NCBI GenBank assembly: GCA_040954595.2 | Contig: CM082579.2 | Coordinates: 14,422,550 to 14,486,549, forward strand | Source of the DNA: Balanoglossus misakiensis | Taxonomy: Eukaryota; Animalia; Hemichordata | DNA length: 64,000 bases | Direction of reading: 5' to 3' | Part shown: piece by piece, positions 11,943 through 24,448 of the stretch | Position numbering within the stretch: position 1 is the first letter of the stretch | Layout: each line of letters begins with the position of its first letter | The notes under the pieces: model-generated | Seen by the model: the letters and a program-made list of their open reading frames with translations, nothing else | Database searches by the model: none | What the model was told of the DNA's origin: nothing | Translations under genes and position numbers: made by a program

Positions 11943-14900
11943 TGCAGAAGCTACACAAAACATTAATACTGAAAACATGGCAAACAGTTGTTGCTAACAG
12001 GGTTTTAAATCTCCCTTATAGATATTTTTAAACTCCCAATTTATGATTATTGACTGTTTGATTGATTAGTTGTTGCACAAATGATAGTATTATCAAAGTA
12101 AATAATATCTGTGAGAAATTTCTTTTCATATTTATTTGAATATGGATAGGGTAAGATGGGGGTTAAACAAAACTACATTTGTTCAAAAGTGGCAAAAACA
12201 CAAATATGCAAAAATCACTATAATTGTACACCATCTTACTTAAATCACTACAAGGAACATTCCTGTCAAAGTTCAAAGCAATCTGACAAGCGCTTTCAGA
12301 CACAGCGAATTTGATAACCATCTACAAATATATTTTTATTTTTTAAACAATTCTTTTACAACACCTTACTTGGGTTACCCCCCTAGGAATCTGCATTCTG
12401 AGCAAAAATTACAAAATTGCTCAAAATTATAAATATACCAATTTCACAACAATTTGCAATTTGAACAAAAACTATGGCTTTCAGAAAGGAAGATTTTTCT
12501 TTACCAATAATGCAGTAAAAGACAAAACAATAAAAATAGAAAATTCATAATATTAGCTCAAAACAAAACATACAGGACTGTATGGCATTTATTGACATTT
12601 ATAAGAATATGGACAGGGTATGATAGGGGGGGGGGGAATTATAAATTCCAAGGGGGTCATCAATTTTTTGTCATAGCTTTTTGGGGCCATAGAAAAAATA
12701 ACCTAAAAAGTAGGAAATCCTACGTCCCCCTAAGCTTTCATTCTGGCCAACAACTTTTTATGAAGGCTTCTGCAGTTGTTAAAAACAGATTGCCTGCTAT
12801 GTTAGACTATCAATCTATAGAGGGGATGAAAAATGTCCTTTTGTCAAGTGTCTGGATTTTGATAACTTCAACAGGTAAAAATATATTTGTAGATGTTTAT
12901 CAAATTCGCTATGTCTGAAACAGTATGCTTGCAAATGTATTAATATAGTCAGATAATATGAATAGTGAAGATAGCAAAACAAACAGGTTTATGCTTATAG
13001 CCATAACTTCTATTAGTGATGTACATGTTGTACTTAGCAAATAATTGTTATGATCAACTTGGTTTTTATTGCACAAGATCTTTTTATTGCATCCATGTTT
13101 CGTTTCATTCTGGATAATAGTCTGTCTAAATAAGTTAACAGGCTTGATGAGGGTTATTTTAAACAGTGTTCTCAAAAAACCTGCAATGTCATGCCCTATA
13201 TTTATAAAGTTGAGGAGAGGTTGTATTCCTAGCAGGATGTTGAAATCATTGGAGGACAAACCCTGCCAGTACCAAAAGTTGCTGGGTGTTATAAATGTTT
13301 GAGTAACCCCCCCCCCCCCTTCCCCAATAACACAATATATACTAAAACATTTTTACAACATCTTACTCAGTTTACCCTTAGGAATATGCCTACCAAATCA
13401 ATCTGGCATGCAGTTTTAAAGAAAAAAAAATGACCAAAAGTGGCAAAAATTGCTCAAAATTAAAATATGCAAATTTTTCAACAATTTGAACAAAACTTTG
13501 GTTACTCAGACAACCATTAGAAGCTTCATACTAAAATTCAAAGAATGAGGCCTATAACTTTAAGAAATGATGATTTCTTTACCAATAATGTGGAATAATA
13601 CAAAAAATGCATAAAAGATTTTTGGCATAAAAAATTAAAAATCGATAATATTAGCTCAAAACATACAGGACTGTTTGAGGTAGACATAAGGTACATGCAT
13701 ACTGATTTTCAAATGAATGTGACCAGTGGTTGTTGAGTTTGAGTTTTGACCAATTTCACATTTTCCTAGCTAATTTGCATATTTTTTGGCAATGACAGCT
13801 TCATTTGAACAAACTCCAATCTTCAGCCTGGCCTGCATCTACACACCAAATATCGAGGTCATATGCCCAGCGGTTTTCAAGTTTGTGATGTGGACGGACA
13901 TACAGACATACATACATACATCCACCGATATCATAAGGTCCCATGGTAAAGCAAATGGGACCTTACAAAACTATGATAACTCAGATCACCTATGAAGCTT
14001 CATACTAAATTTCAAATAAGTCAGCTGATCAATTCCAGAAAAGCAGATTTTCTACCGATAATGTTGAAAGAGACAAAAAATACATAAAAAATCGAAAATT
14101 CACATTAGCTCACAACATATAGAACTGTGTGAGGTTAACATAACTTACAGGAATACCAATTTTCAATTTTGAAAGCAATTTGCTCAGTAGTTGTCGAGTT
14201 CCCGAGTTTGGACGAATTTGACACTTTCCCAGCTAATTTGCATATTTTGGCAATGACAAGTTCATTTTGACAACTCCCACTTAATGCCCTGCCTGCATCT
14301 CTACACTAAATATCAAGGTCACATGCCAGTGGTTTCCAAGTGTTTGATATTGATAGACATACAGACAAACATCCATACAGACATCCATATATACAGGTGC
14401 AACTGATCCCATAAGGTCCCATGGTATAAATACATATACCTGCACCAAATGGGACCTAATAATTCTGATAAAATGCCTACATAGTAAGTTTAAAAACCAA
14501 TTGTACCTTCAACGTCCTTGGACAACAATGGCTAATATTACTTGCCAAGGGCGACTAGAATTTTGGGGGCCTGATGCAATTCTGATACATGTACTTCATG
14601 ATTTAGAGATATTGTGAAAATCCTGTCAACCGAATTACAGGGAAATCAGATTTTCCATGTAAAATCATATCACCCAAAAATGTCAAGTGTCGAAAATAAT
14701 TTTGAAACAAAAAGTCTACTCAAAATCATACCAAAATTTAAATTTTAAAGCAGTACGTTAGGCAAGCAATTTGAGAATGAAGAAACTTACAAAAAAATTA
14801 TAAATTGAAAATAACTTACAAATGCCGTACACAAACTTACAATCACTACCATATTACTGTACAAGTTAAAAGGACATTGTACCAGCAGAGACATTGCGAT

Positions 14901-16020
14901 CGAGCAATCCCCAAGATATACATGACATGGTCTAATTACAAATATTGAATATGTAAAATAGGTACACAACACTTCCATTCTTTCAGTACAGTCAGCTGCT
15001 TGTTAACAATAGGCATGTAGCTATTTCATCAACACCTTTCAATCATTAACTGGTTTATCTAGTGTCCCATGTCAGGGGACTTGCCCCCACCCCATGATAA
15101 CTTTGAGCGGCGACGGTTAAATTTATCCTCCCCAACATACTGGTAGTTGAGTTAATTTGCTTTTGCCGGGTTCATAAAAATGCAGCTTTGAGCTCTGTAT
15201 TTTATAAAATTTTCTTACGTGGGAGGGGGACACCCCTTCCCACACCCACCCCCTTCAATTCCCTGTTTACAATGTCTCCCAACACAGAATACAAATACTT
15301 AAAAAATAAAAACCATGTTCAGTTTTAATACCCACTGATGAGGGGAAACATCAGTTTCAAAGTCTTTTCATGGGAGCGCTGTTTTTCTTTTTTACAAGAT
15401 AGATAAGTGATGTGTTTTGCTCTGTGAAAGAAAATGGGGGGGGGGGATTTTAAAATTTTGGCAGTTCAGAAGGGGGTGGGGGATTTGAAAATATTTCGGG
15501 TTGTGTACAGGGGGGGGGGGGCATGTGAAAATTAGCAGTAAAAAAATTGAATTTCCCCCCCCCATCCAGAGGTGTTTGTGAATGGAGCCTAAGCTAAAGC
15601 TAAAGTGATAATGGGTCATAACAGACAAAATAACAAAATGTGAAAAACATTTAATGAGTTTAATATGCTAACTACGGAGACAGACATGTTTGACCAAAGC
15701 ATGAAATACACAAAATGTATCATTTCTTCCACCTCTTACTACAGTGGGTTGTAGACTTTTCGCCCAGAATGCAATGTGATTTGACCCCCTAGCGCAAAGT
15801 GAAAACCTATTTAAGGCAGCCAGAATTTTCTGCATAGTATGACGGAAACATTTGTAAAGTCATGGCTAGCGTGGGCTGGTAAGTTTATATGGGGCTCTCC
15901 ATGATAACCAGTTGTGGCTTACCACCACCATAATTTTGAAAGGGCGACTTCACTATTTGATGGGAAAAGGTAGCCTTTACAAACAAGCTATGGAGCATGT
16001 ATACAGCAAGTTGTGCTTAC

Positions 16021-16093
16021 CGGAAAGCGGTCTTGGATCAGGCCTAGGTATTCTCTTCCTCCTCCGGCATACGTTGAAATGCTGTGTTTAAGA
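16021..16093 (-). other. Candidate micro-exon A (73 nt)
   Basis: Minus strand: branch-like TACTAAT, acceptor TTTGATTCACAG|TCTTAAAC ... CGCTTTCCG|GTAAGC donor. Identical (73/73) to 22754-22826. Confidence 0.7.
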
Positions 16094-17270
16094 CTGTGAA
16101 TCAAATATATGCTTATCAATTAGTAACCAATCAACCTTGCTTTAGAATTATTTGGGCCATACTAATTAGTGAAAATATGCAAAACATGGTATAATATAGG
16201 GTCAGACTGTGCTGCGATAATGTACGTGGAATACGAATCAGAGAAATCTGTAACAGCGATCTTGAAACTCCATTTACATCAGTACTGCAGTAAAGTGGTC
16301 CACATGGGTATACCACAAACATGGCAGTTAGGTGACAAGTGAAACTGACATCATATATGTAAACGACAGGTGTACACACACTTTGACATCTACGTAACAC
16401 TGTACAATGATTTCTTAATGTTTGTTGTGAAAATGAAACTTACATTTGATCCACCTCACTTTTCATACAACTGATTAGCGCAAGAATGTAAATTGTTGGC
16501 AATTATAAAACATTTATTTTACTATAGAAAAGTAAGCCTTTACATTTAAACTTTGAATATCAGTATACTAAAATGTTTCAAACGTGGCTGTCAGTATATC
16601 TCATGGCATGGTGGCAGAAGTACATGTTGTTACCAGGGAAGACACATTGAACATAGACAAGCGCACTAGTCGCTTGGTGATTTTTCATCTAGATTCTCAA
16701 AACTTTCTGTGCATTTGGTAGCTTTGAGCAAGTTTCTGGTACTGAGCTGAGTTTCGAATTTGGAACTGGGCTGCTTTGGCTTTGATGACCATGGGCCAAT
16801 ATGATCTTATGCACACATTTTTGAAAAAAACTCCAGCCTGTTTGTGTCGTGATCTATATTTTTCTTTGTGGCCTAAGGTATTGTTTTATTTCACTATAAA
16901 CAACATTACTTTCCTTCATGTGTCTATATATAATAATAGATCTCTTAGCCAGTTTGATGAAGCATAGTGTTGGACTAGCACACTTTCAGCCAAAATTACG
17001 GTATCTCCCCGTGTATTGGTATGGGAGTAATTTCTAGCTATATGGTTAAGGAAATGCATCCAAATTTAATTTATGCTTCACATGAAGATTTGAACTTGAC
17101 CATTTAATTCATGTCATCACGATCATATCACAGGCAATCGAGGCTAGAATTCGAAGGAAAAAAGTATTGATAACTGGAAGGTGTAAATTAGTTCGTAGAC
17201 ATACATTGTTTCCTATTGTTTCGGTTGTGCCACGCCCGATAAAAGCAAATATACAGCAAGTCATGCTTAC

Positions 17271-17345
17271 CATTGAGCGGTCTTAAACTCGCCCCAGACG
17301 AGGAAGAGAATCCCGAGTTGAAATGCAGACAATTTCAGGCAGCAT
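17271..17345 (-). other. Candidate micro-exon B (75 nt)
   Basis: Minus strand: TACTAAC branch point, acceptor TTTGATTCACAG|ATGCTGCC ... CGCTCAATG|GTAAGC donor. Its flanks are homologous to those of exon A at an offset of 1250 bp. Confidence 0.72.
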
Positions 17346-17849
17346 CTGTGAATCAAATAGATATAGAAGTTAGTAACCAGTCATAGTAGCTCTAAGTTGG
17401 GTGTAAAAGTCTAAGTTGGGTGTACTAACTCTCCTTGTTAACAGTAACTTTCAAAGAAACTGAGCAATTGGTTAAAAAGATTTGCTATCCAAAAACAAAG
17501 AAATTTACAACAAACTACCTAAATATTGACAACCAGAATTTAATCAAAGTTGCACATACATGTACATGTGTTATGAAATTGTTAACTAACTTCCAAAGCA
17601 ATCAGGAACCAGATATTAACTGAATATGCTCACGTGCAGTACTGTGATTGGTTGACAGAATAACAAGATTAGAAAAACCAGTTTTAAACCATTTTGGTTT
17701 ATAGTGTATATGGTGTAAGGGTTGTGTGTTGCACCATTGTGAAATGTAAACATGTTTGTGGAGTTGTTGCCTTGTCAATTTTTGTAAGGGGTTATGAGTC
17801 ATGTACCCCATCCTGAACTGCATAAAAATAATAAGTCTATGGAATTCTA

Positions 17850-18760
17850 AAACTCTTTGATCAAAAATGGCAAGAAATATACCAAAAAGTATGAATATTT
17901 CACCAGATTTCAACAAATCTGATTTCTGTTCATGCCTAAGAACCTCTTTAACAAGTTTCAATAAGGAAGACATTTTGGCAAACAACAGGAAATTCAGACA
18001 AATCTGACTGATATCACATATATGAATTCCCATTCAAAGTTTCCAACCAATTGGACTTGTGGTATTACCGAAGACTATTTGGCCAAACCCTGCAGAAATT
18101 CCCAAAAAATACAATTATGCAAATTTCATTACAATTTGATCATATCTGACTGAGATCACCCCTAGAAACCCAAATACAAAGTATCAAAACAATTGCACCT
18201 ACATTTCACAGGATTGGATTTTTTGGCAAAAACCAAATATTGCCCAAAAATGCATTTTTGCAAATTTCACCACCGTTTGCACAAATGTGATTCAGGTAAG
18301 CCCTATGAACCTCCATACCAAGTTTCCAATCAATTGGACATGTAATTTCAGAGAAAATTTTTTTTAACAAAACTGCAGAAAATTCCCCAAAAAATTCATA
18401 AAAAATAGGAAACGCCAGATACTGACTCCACCTGAACAAAATCATACGAGGTCTTCCCAAAATACTTGCACACCAATGCACGCCAATTTTTAACTTAATC
18501 TGATCCGCTGTTATTAAGTTTTTCAATTTTGACTATTTGAACATTTTTCCAGTTAATACCAGTATGCATTTTTTCGCAATAACAATTTCTATGTACACAC
18601 TAAATATCAGTAGTTTCAAGTTTTTGATGTTGATGGACATACACATACATACATCAATACATTAAGACGAAACTGATCCATTCACAAAATACATAATTCT
18701 GTATGAGGCACACATACAGACATACATAACCGACGGACACCAACTTATGCTATAAGCTGA
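17850..18760 (+). mobile_element. Diverged HINE-like repeat with internal subrepeats and (ACAT/ACAG)n tract
   Basis: Recurring AAGTTTCCAA(C/T)CAATTGGAC and GCAAATTTCA motifs, ending in GATGGACATACACATACATAC. Confidence 0.55.
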
Positions 18761-19734
18761 CATTTATATACATGTTAGCCAAAAACCAAAATCAACCTCA
18801 AAATAGACATTAAAATATATTGCACCACCATGAGAAGACAAATTCATTTTTTGACAAATTTTCTGGGGCGTCATTGATATAGCATGGCATATTGTCAAAG
18901 TACGTAGGCTCTGTGATAAGATTCCATACACACAAAATGGTAACCTTGGAAGTCCAGCTGACGTAGTTATGCAATGGCGTCTCGTGTATTCCGTCGCCAA
19001 AAAATCATCGTAAACTAATTGATAGTCGGGGTCACAATTCAAGACGACTTTCTCTAAATTCTTTATGAATGGATTAAATCGAAATCGAAATGTTGACGTA
19101 TGACGTACGGAATGAGATCTGAACAGACATTCAATGTTATCATTCTCGCTCGATCACATATTGGGTAGGCCATCTAGCAATCGCTATATAGTATTGGCGA
19201 TAACAGACTGTCTATAAACACACAAAACGGATTTTACTGTTGAGTGTGATCAACCGCCATGTTATTTTTCTCTGAACAATAGACAAATAGAAAGCCTGGT
19301 GACATTTTGAGATTGACTGCGTGAGGACCACAATATGCGTGAATCATTTACGGTTTGTCTTGATGAATGGGTCACGTCATAGTCATAACGCGGATTCGGC
19401 TGCACGCCAACTATCCGCCATATTGTCTCCACTAACTTACTCGTAAGTAGTTTCAAACTTCATTTGAAAAGAGTATTCGTCTGACGGTCCTGTAGATTAA
19501 CAATTTACGCTCTATGAAGCAACTAAACAACGTTAGCTTCCTTGTGGATTCACGTAGGGAAGTTATTCGTAACGACGGGTACAGCGTCTGAGCATGGACA
19601 GAACCACGGCAATATCGCCAGGAATGTCTCATTTCACAGCGCCCTCAAACAGTCGATCTCCTCAAACTATCGTTTCCACTGGTCATATATGCAGCATTAA
19701 CGAAAGCTCTCATAGACAACCATGTAATAGAAAA

Positions 19735-19938
19735 ATTAAAACTTTAATAACTTCATTAATATCAAAGCCACACCCACCAAAACCTTTTCAGTTCTTGCCA
19801 TATGATATCTGAACCTGTGTACTAAATTTGGTTGAAATCGGTTCAGCGGTTCTTGAGATATCGGGTATACAGACAGACACACACATACACAGACATCGCT
19901 AAACTATAAGCTCACGTGATTTTCAGGTGAGCTAAAAA
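19735..19938 (+). mobile_element. Short HINE-like element end
   Basis: AAATTTGGTTGAAATCGGTTCAGCGGTTCTTGAGAT, then (ACAG)n/(AC)n, then the hairpin AGCTCACGTGATTTTCAGGTGAGCT followed by AAAAA. Confidence 0.7.
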
Positions 19939-22753
19939 TTGGGTTACCCCTAGGAATATTCCTACCATATTTCAAAGCCATCAAAAAAGCAGTTTCAAAG
20001 AAAAACACATTTGTTCAAAAGTGGCAAAAACACAAATATGCAAACATCTCTATAATTGTACACCATCTTACTTCAATCACTACAAGGAACATTCCTGCCA
20101 AAATTCAAAGCAATCTGACAAGGGTTTGAACGGTTTAACAGAAAACAGTTTTTGACAAAGATTGCAAAAAATATCCCCAATAACACAAGCACGCAGTTTT
20201 AACCATTTTTATGACATCTTCCTTGGGTTACCCCTGGGAATCTGCCTACCAAATTGCAAAGCATTCTGACCTTAATTGGCAAAATTGCTCAAAATTATAA
20301 ATATGCCTATTTTACAACAATCTGAACAAAAAATATGGTAACTCGGACCACCCATAGGAAGCTTCATACTAAATTTCGAAGGAGTCGGACTATCGCTTTC
20401 AGAAGTGAAGATTTTTTTTTACCAATAATGTGGAAAAAGACAAAAAAAATTAATAAACATTAGAAAATTCATAATATTAGCTCACAACATACAGGACTGT
20501 ATGGGGTTCATTGACATACCAATCTGACCAGTGGTTGTCAAGTTTCTGACTTTTGACCAATTTCACATTTACACAGGTAATATTTTGGCAATGACAATTT
20601 CATTTGAACAAAATCCCATCTACAGCCCCGCCTGCATCTACACACTAAATATGGAAGTGATATGCCCAGCGGTTTTCATCCATTCACTCATACATACAAA
20701 TGCAACTGATTCCATAAGGTCCCAATCGTATATATGTACATAAACCAAATGGGACCTAAAAATTGCTCCAAAATTATAAATACGCAATTTTTGGCAACAA
20801 TTTAAACAAAACTATGGTTGGTAACTCAGATCACCTATGAAGCTTCATAATAAATTTCAAACAAGTCAGCTGATCAATTCCAGAAAAGTAGGTTTTTACC
20901 GACAATGTGGAAAGAGACAAAAAAAATGCTTAAAAATAGAAAATTCACATTATTAGCTCACAACATGTAGAATTGTGAGAGGATACCATAAGGTACATGC
21001 ATACCAATTATCAATTTTGAAAGCAATTTGCCCAGTAGTTGTTGAGTTCCCAAGTTTTGACGAATTTGACACTTTCCCAGCTAATTTGCATATTTTGGCA
21101 ATGACAACTTCACTTAGACAAACTCCCATCTACTGCCCTGTCTGCACATTAAATATCAAGGTGAAATGCCAGTAGTTTCCAAATGTTTGATGTTGATGGA
21201 CATACAAACATCCATACATACAGGTGCAACTGATCCCGTAAGGTACCATGGTATAAATACATATACCAAATGGGACGTAATAATTCTGATAAAATGCGTA
21301 CATACGTACATACATACAAGTCAGCAATAAAGAGACGGGATAGTGGGCTGGCACTGAGTGTCTATTTCTATTGCAAATTATAAACATGCAGCAAGTGTAA
21401 AAACCACATGTACCTTCAACGTCCTTGGACAACACATTTTTGTAACTTTCCCAGATCAATGGCTAATATTACTTGCCAAAGGCGACTAGAATTTTGGGGG
21501 CCTGATGCAAGTCTGATACATGTACTTCATGATTTAGAGATATGATGAAAATCCTGTCAACCGAATTACAGGGAAATCAGATTTTCCATGTAAAATCATA
21601 TCACCCAAAAGTGTCAAAAATAATTTTGAAACAAAAAGTCTACTCAAAATCATACCAAAATTTAAATGTTAATGCAGTACGTTAGGCAAGCAATTTGAGA
21701 ATGAAGAAACTTACAAAATAATTTATAAATTGTAAATAATTTACAAATGCCGCACACAAACTTACAATTACTACCATATTACTGAACATGTTAAAAGGAC
21801 ATTGTACCAGCAGAGACATTGTGATCGAGCAATCCCCAAGATATACATGACATGGTCTAATTACAAATATTGAATATGTAAAATATGTACACAACACTTC
21901 CAGTCTTACAGTACAGTCAGCTGCTTGTGAACAATAGTCATGTAGCTATTTCATCAAATTTACAGCCCAAGTCTTGCCTATACAATTCTCCCTACTTTAA
22001 ACACGTTTTAAGCTACCCTAAATGAGTGATGAAAATCTCATACGGTCGATAATTTCAAGATGGCCGATTTTTGCCATGTTAAAGAAATGGGAGTTCATAA
22101 GCTAAAATGATGATGGGTCATTCTTGAACTTTTTAACAGAAAAAATAGCAAAAGTGAAAAAAAGTTTAATATGCTAACTACCGAGACAGAAATGTTTGAC
22201 CGAAGGAAGTCATGAAATACAGTAAACATATCATTTCTTCTTTCTCTTACTACAGTTGGTTATGGACTTTCCGCCCAGAATGCAATGAGATTTGACACCT
22301 AGCGCAAAGTGAAAAACCTATTTAAGGCAGCCAGAATTTTCTGCATAGTATGACGGAAACATTTGTAAAGTCATGGCTAGCATGGGTTGGCAGGTTTATG
22401 GGACCCGCTCAGGTTCCCTCGAATAACACATAATGCATGATTGGTGACTGATTATTGTTTATTTGTTGATTTTGTCACATTTTCAGAAAAATCCCTATCA
22501 ATCAGTCATATTTGTTTGGCCTTGCTATACAGCGCAATATGAATCTTGTTGACTGAAATTGTTGAGGATAGTGGTACATAAAGGTTACCAATTGGAAAAT
22601 ATTAAAATGATTATTAGTGGTGTCCAACTCTTCATGATAACCAGTTGTGGCTTGCCACCACCATAATTTTAAAAGGGTGACTTCACTATTTGATGGGAAA
22701 AGGTAGCATTTACAAACAAGCTATGGAGCATGTATACAGCAAGGTGTGCTTAC

Positions 22754-22826
22754 CGGAAAGCGGTCTTGGATCAGGCCTAGGTATTCTCTTCCTCCTCCGG
22801 CATACGTTGAAATGCTGTGTTTAAGA
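22754..22826 (-). other. Candidate micro-exon A' (73 nt)
   Basis: Same splice signals and identical sequence to 16021-16093. Confidence 0.7.
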
Positions 22827-23164
22827 CTGTGAATCAAATATATGCAAATATTAATTAGTAACCAATCAACCTTGCTTTAGAATTATGTGGGCCATACAAA
22901 TTAGTGAAAATATGCAAAACATGGTATAATATAGGGTCAGAAAAAATTTCCAGCCTATTTGTGTCATGATTTACATTTTTCTTTCTGGCCTAAAGTATTG
23001 TTTTATTTCACTCTAAACAACATTACTTTCCTTCATGCGTCTAATATAATAACAGATCTCTTAGCCAGTTTGATTAAGCATAGTGTTGGACTAGCACACG
23101 TTCAGCCAAAGTTAAAGTATCTCCCTGTGTATTGATATGGGAGTAATTTTAGCTATATGGTTAA

Positions 23165-23511
23165 AGGGACAAAGTCTCTCTGTCGCTGTCCTTTTTCCAT
23201 TAATTATGTTTGATACAAGACACTGTTTATGTCAATGTACATTTGGATATATAGTGAATAAATGATCAACCACACAAAACTTCCATCCCGCTTGTATGAT
23301 ATGAGAGTAAAAACTCGCCCAAAATGAATAAATGGTAAAGAACGATTATTCATTTTGGCGAGTATTTTTACTCTCGTGTCTACAAGTGGGACGGAAGTTG
23401 TGTGTGGCTGAACGTTCATTCACTATATATCTACATGTAGAATAACAAACGGTGTCTTGTATCAAATATAATTAATGGAAAAAAGGGCAGCGAGAGAGAG
23501 ACTTTGTCCCT
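23165..23511. mobile_element. Fully palindromic (foldback) TTAA MITE, Kolobok-like
   Basis: TTAA|AGGGACAAAGTCTCTC ... GAGAGACTTTGTCCCT|TTAA, with arms complementary almost to the centre. The empty site with a single TTAA is in the paralog at 17041-17060 (TATGGTTAAGGAAATGC). Confidence 0.95.
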
Positions 23512-23753
23512 TTAAGGAAATGCATCCACATTTATTTTATGCTCCACGTGAAGATTTGAACTTTTGAGTTGTCCATCTAATTCATGACATCACGATCATA
23601 TCACAAGCAATCGAGGCCAGAATTCGAAGGGGAAAAAACAGGTACATTGTATTGAAAGCTGGAATATGTAAATTAGTTCGTAGACATACATTTCTTCCTA
23701 TTGTTTCGGTTGCAACACCCGATAAAAGCAAATATAAAGCAAGTCATGCTTAC

Positions 23754-23828
23754 CATTGAGCGGTCTTAAACTCGCCCCGGACAAGGAAGAGAATCCCGAG
23801 TTGAAACGCAGACAGTTTCAGGCAGCAT
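23754..23828 (-). other. Candidate micro-exon B' (75 nt)
   Basis: Same splice signals as 17271-17345; four transitions relative to B. Confidence 0.72.
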
Positions 23829-24031
23829 CTGTGAATCAAATAGACATAGAAGTTAGTAACCAGTCATAGAAGCTCTGCGTGGCAGGGCTGCGTGTTAACG
23901 GCTATACCATAGCTCCCACTGGTAGCTTATAACAGTCTCAATGGTGCCAAAAATCTCCCCAACAACAAAACCAACCCTGGTCAGTTTATTCGCTATCGCT
24001 TTGCCTTAAAAGTTATACTGTAGTGTGTTAC

Positions 24032-24448
24032 CACAGGGGGCTCCTCCCTCCGCGATTTTATTGTTTGTTTGTTGTTGTTGATTGGCATAATAAACAAATA
24101 CATATTTCTTTATTAATAAATATGGTTTGTTGACATGTAAGTGTTAGGGTATATTCAACAGTTAGGGTTACTGTTGGCATTTTTTTCGATCCACGGCCCC
24201 GGGCATCACTAAGCCACAGGGGGTGGGGGGGTGGGGGGTTTGGGGGGGGTGATGCCGGCCATGGATCGAAAAAATGCCAACACTAATTCTAACCGTTGAA
24301 TATACCATAACCTGTCAAATATACCCTAATAACCTAACCCTTACATGTCAACAAACCATATTTATTAATAAAGAAATATGTATTTGTTTATTATGCCAAT
24401 CAACAACAACAAACAAACAATAAAATCGCCTAGGGAGAGCCCCCTGTG
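24032..24448. mobile_element. Foldback non-autonomous element with CACAG...CTGTG termini and 7-bp TSD (P-element-like)
   Basis: GTGTTAC|CACAGGGGGCTC ... GAGCCCCCTGTG|GTGTTAC. The arms are near-perfect inverted repeats over about 90 bp (24053-24141 vs 24341-24429) and looser further in, around a G-run loop. Confidence 0.85.

Larger units (their letters stand above)
12170..17390 (+). repeat. Tandem segmental duplication, copy 1 (partner about 20005-23875)
   Basis: Collinear blocks: 12170-12600 with 20005-20515; 13975-15030 with 20815-21955; 15590-15890 with 22100-22400; 15895-16205 with 22625-22940; 16830-17390 with 22945-23875. The copies differ by copy-specific indels. Confidence 0.93.
20005..23875 (+). 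repeat. Tandem segmental duplication, copy 2
   Basis: See copy 1. This copy carries an extra TTAA MITE at 23165-23511 and lacks the 16205-16830 segment. Confidence 0.93.

Noticed and set aside
12770-13305. Possible decayed coding sequence in a copy-1-specific insertion
   Set aside because: Multiple stops and no recognisable motif, so it cannot be assigned without a search.
16021-17345. Hammerhead ribozyme or box C/D snoRNA interpretation of the micro-exon cassettes
   Set aside because: CUGA and GAAA words occur, but there is no CUGAUGA core or RUGAUGA box C in the required arrangement.
18900-19720. Promoter or first exon (CpG-rich, TGACGT motifs, minus-strand donor-like ACTTAC near 19435; similar near 24830)
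   Set aside because: The motifs are short and expected by chance; no transcription start can be supported from sequence alone.
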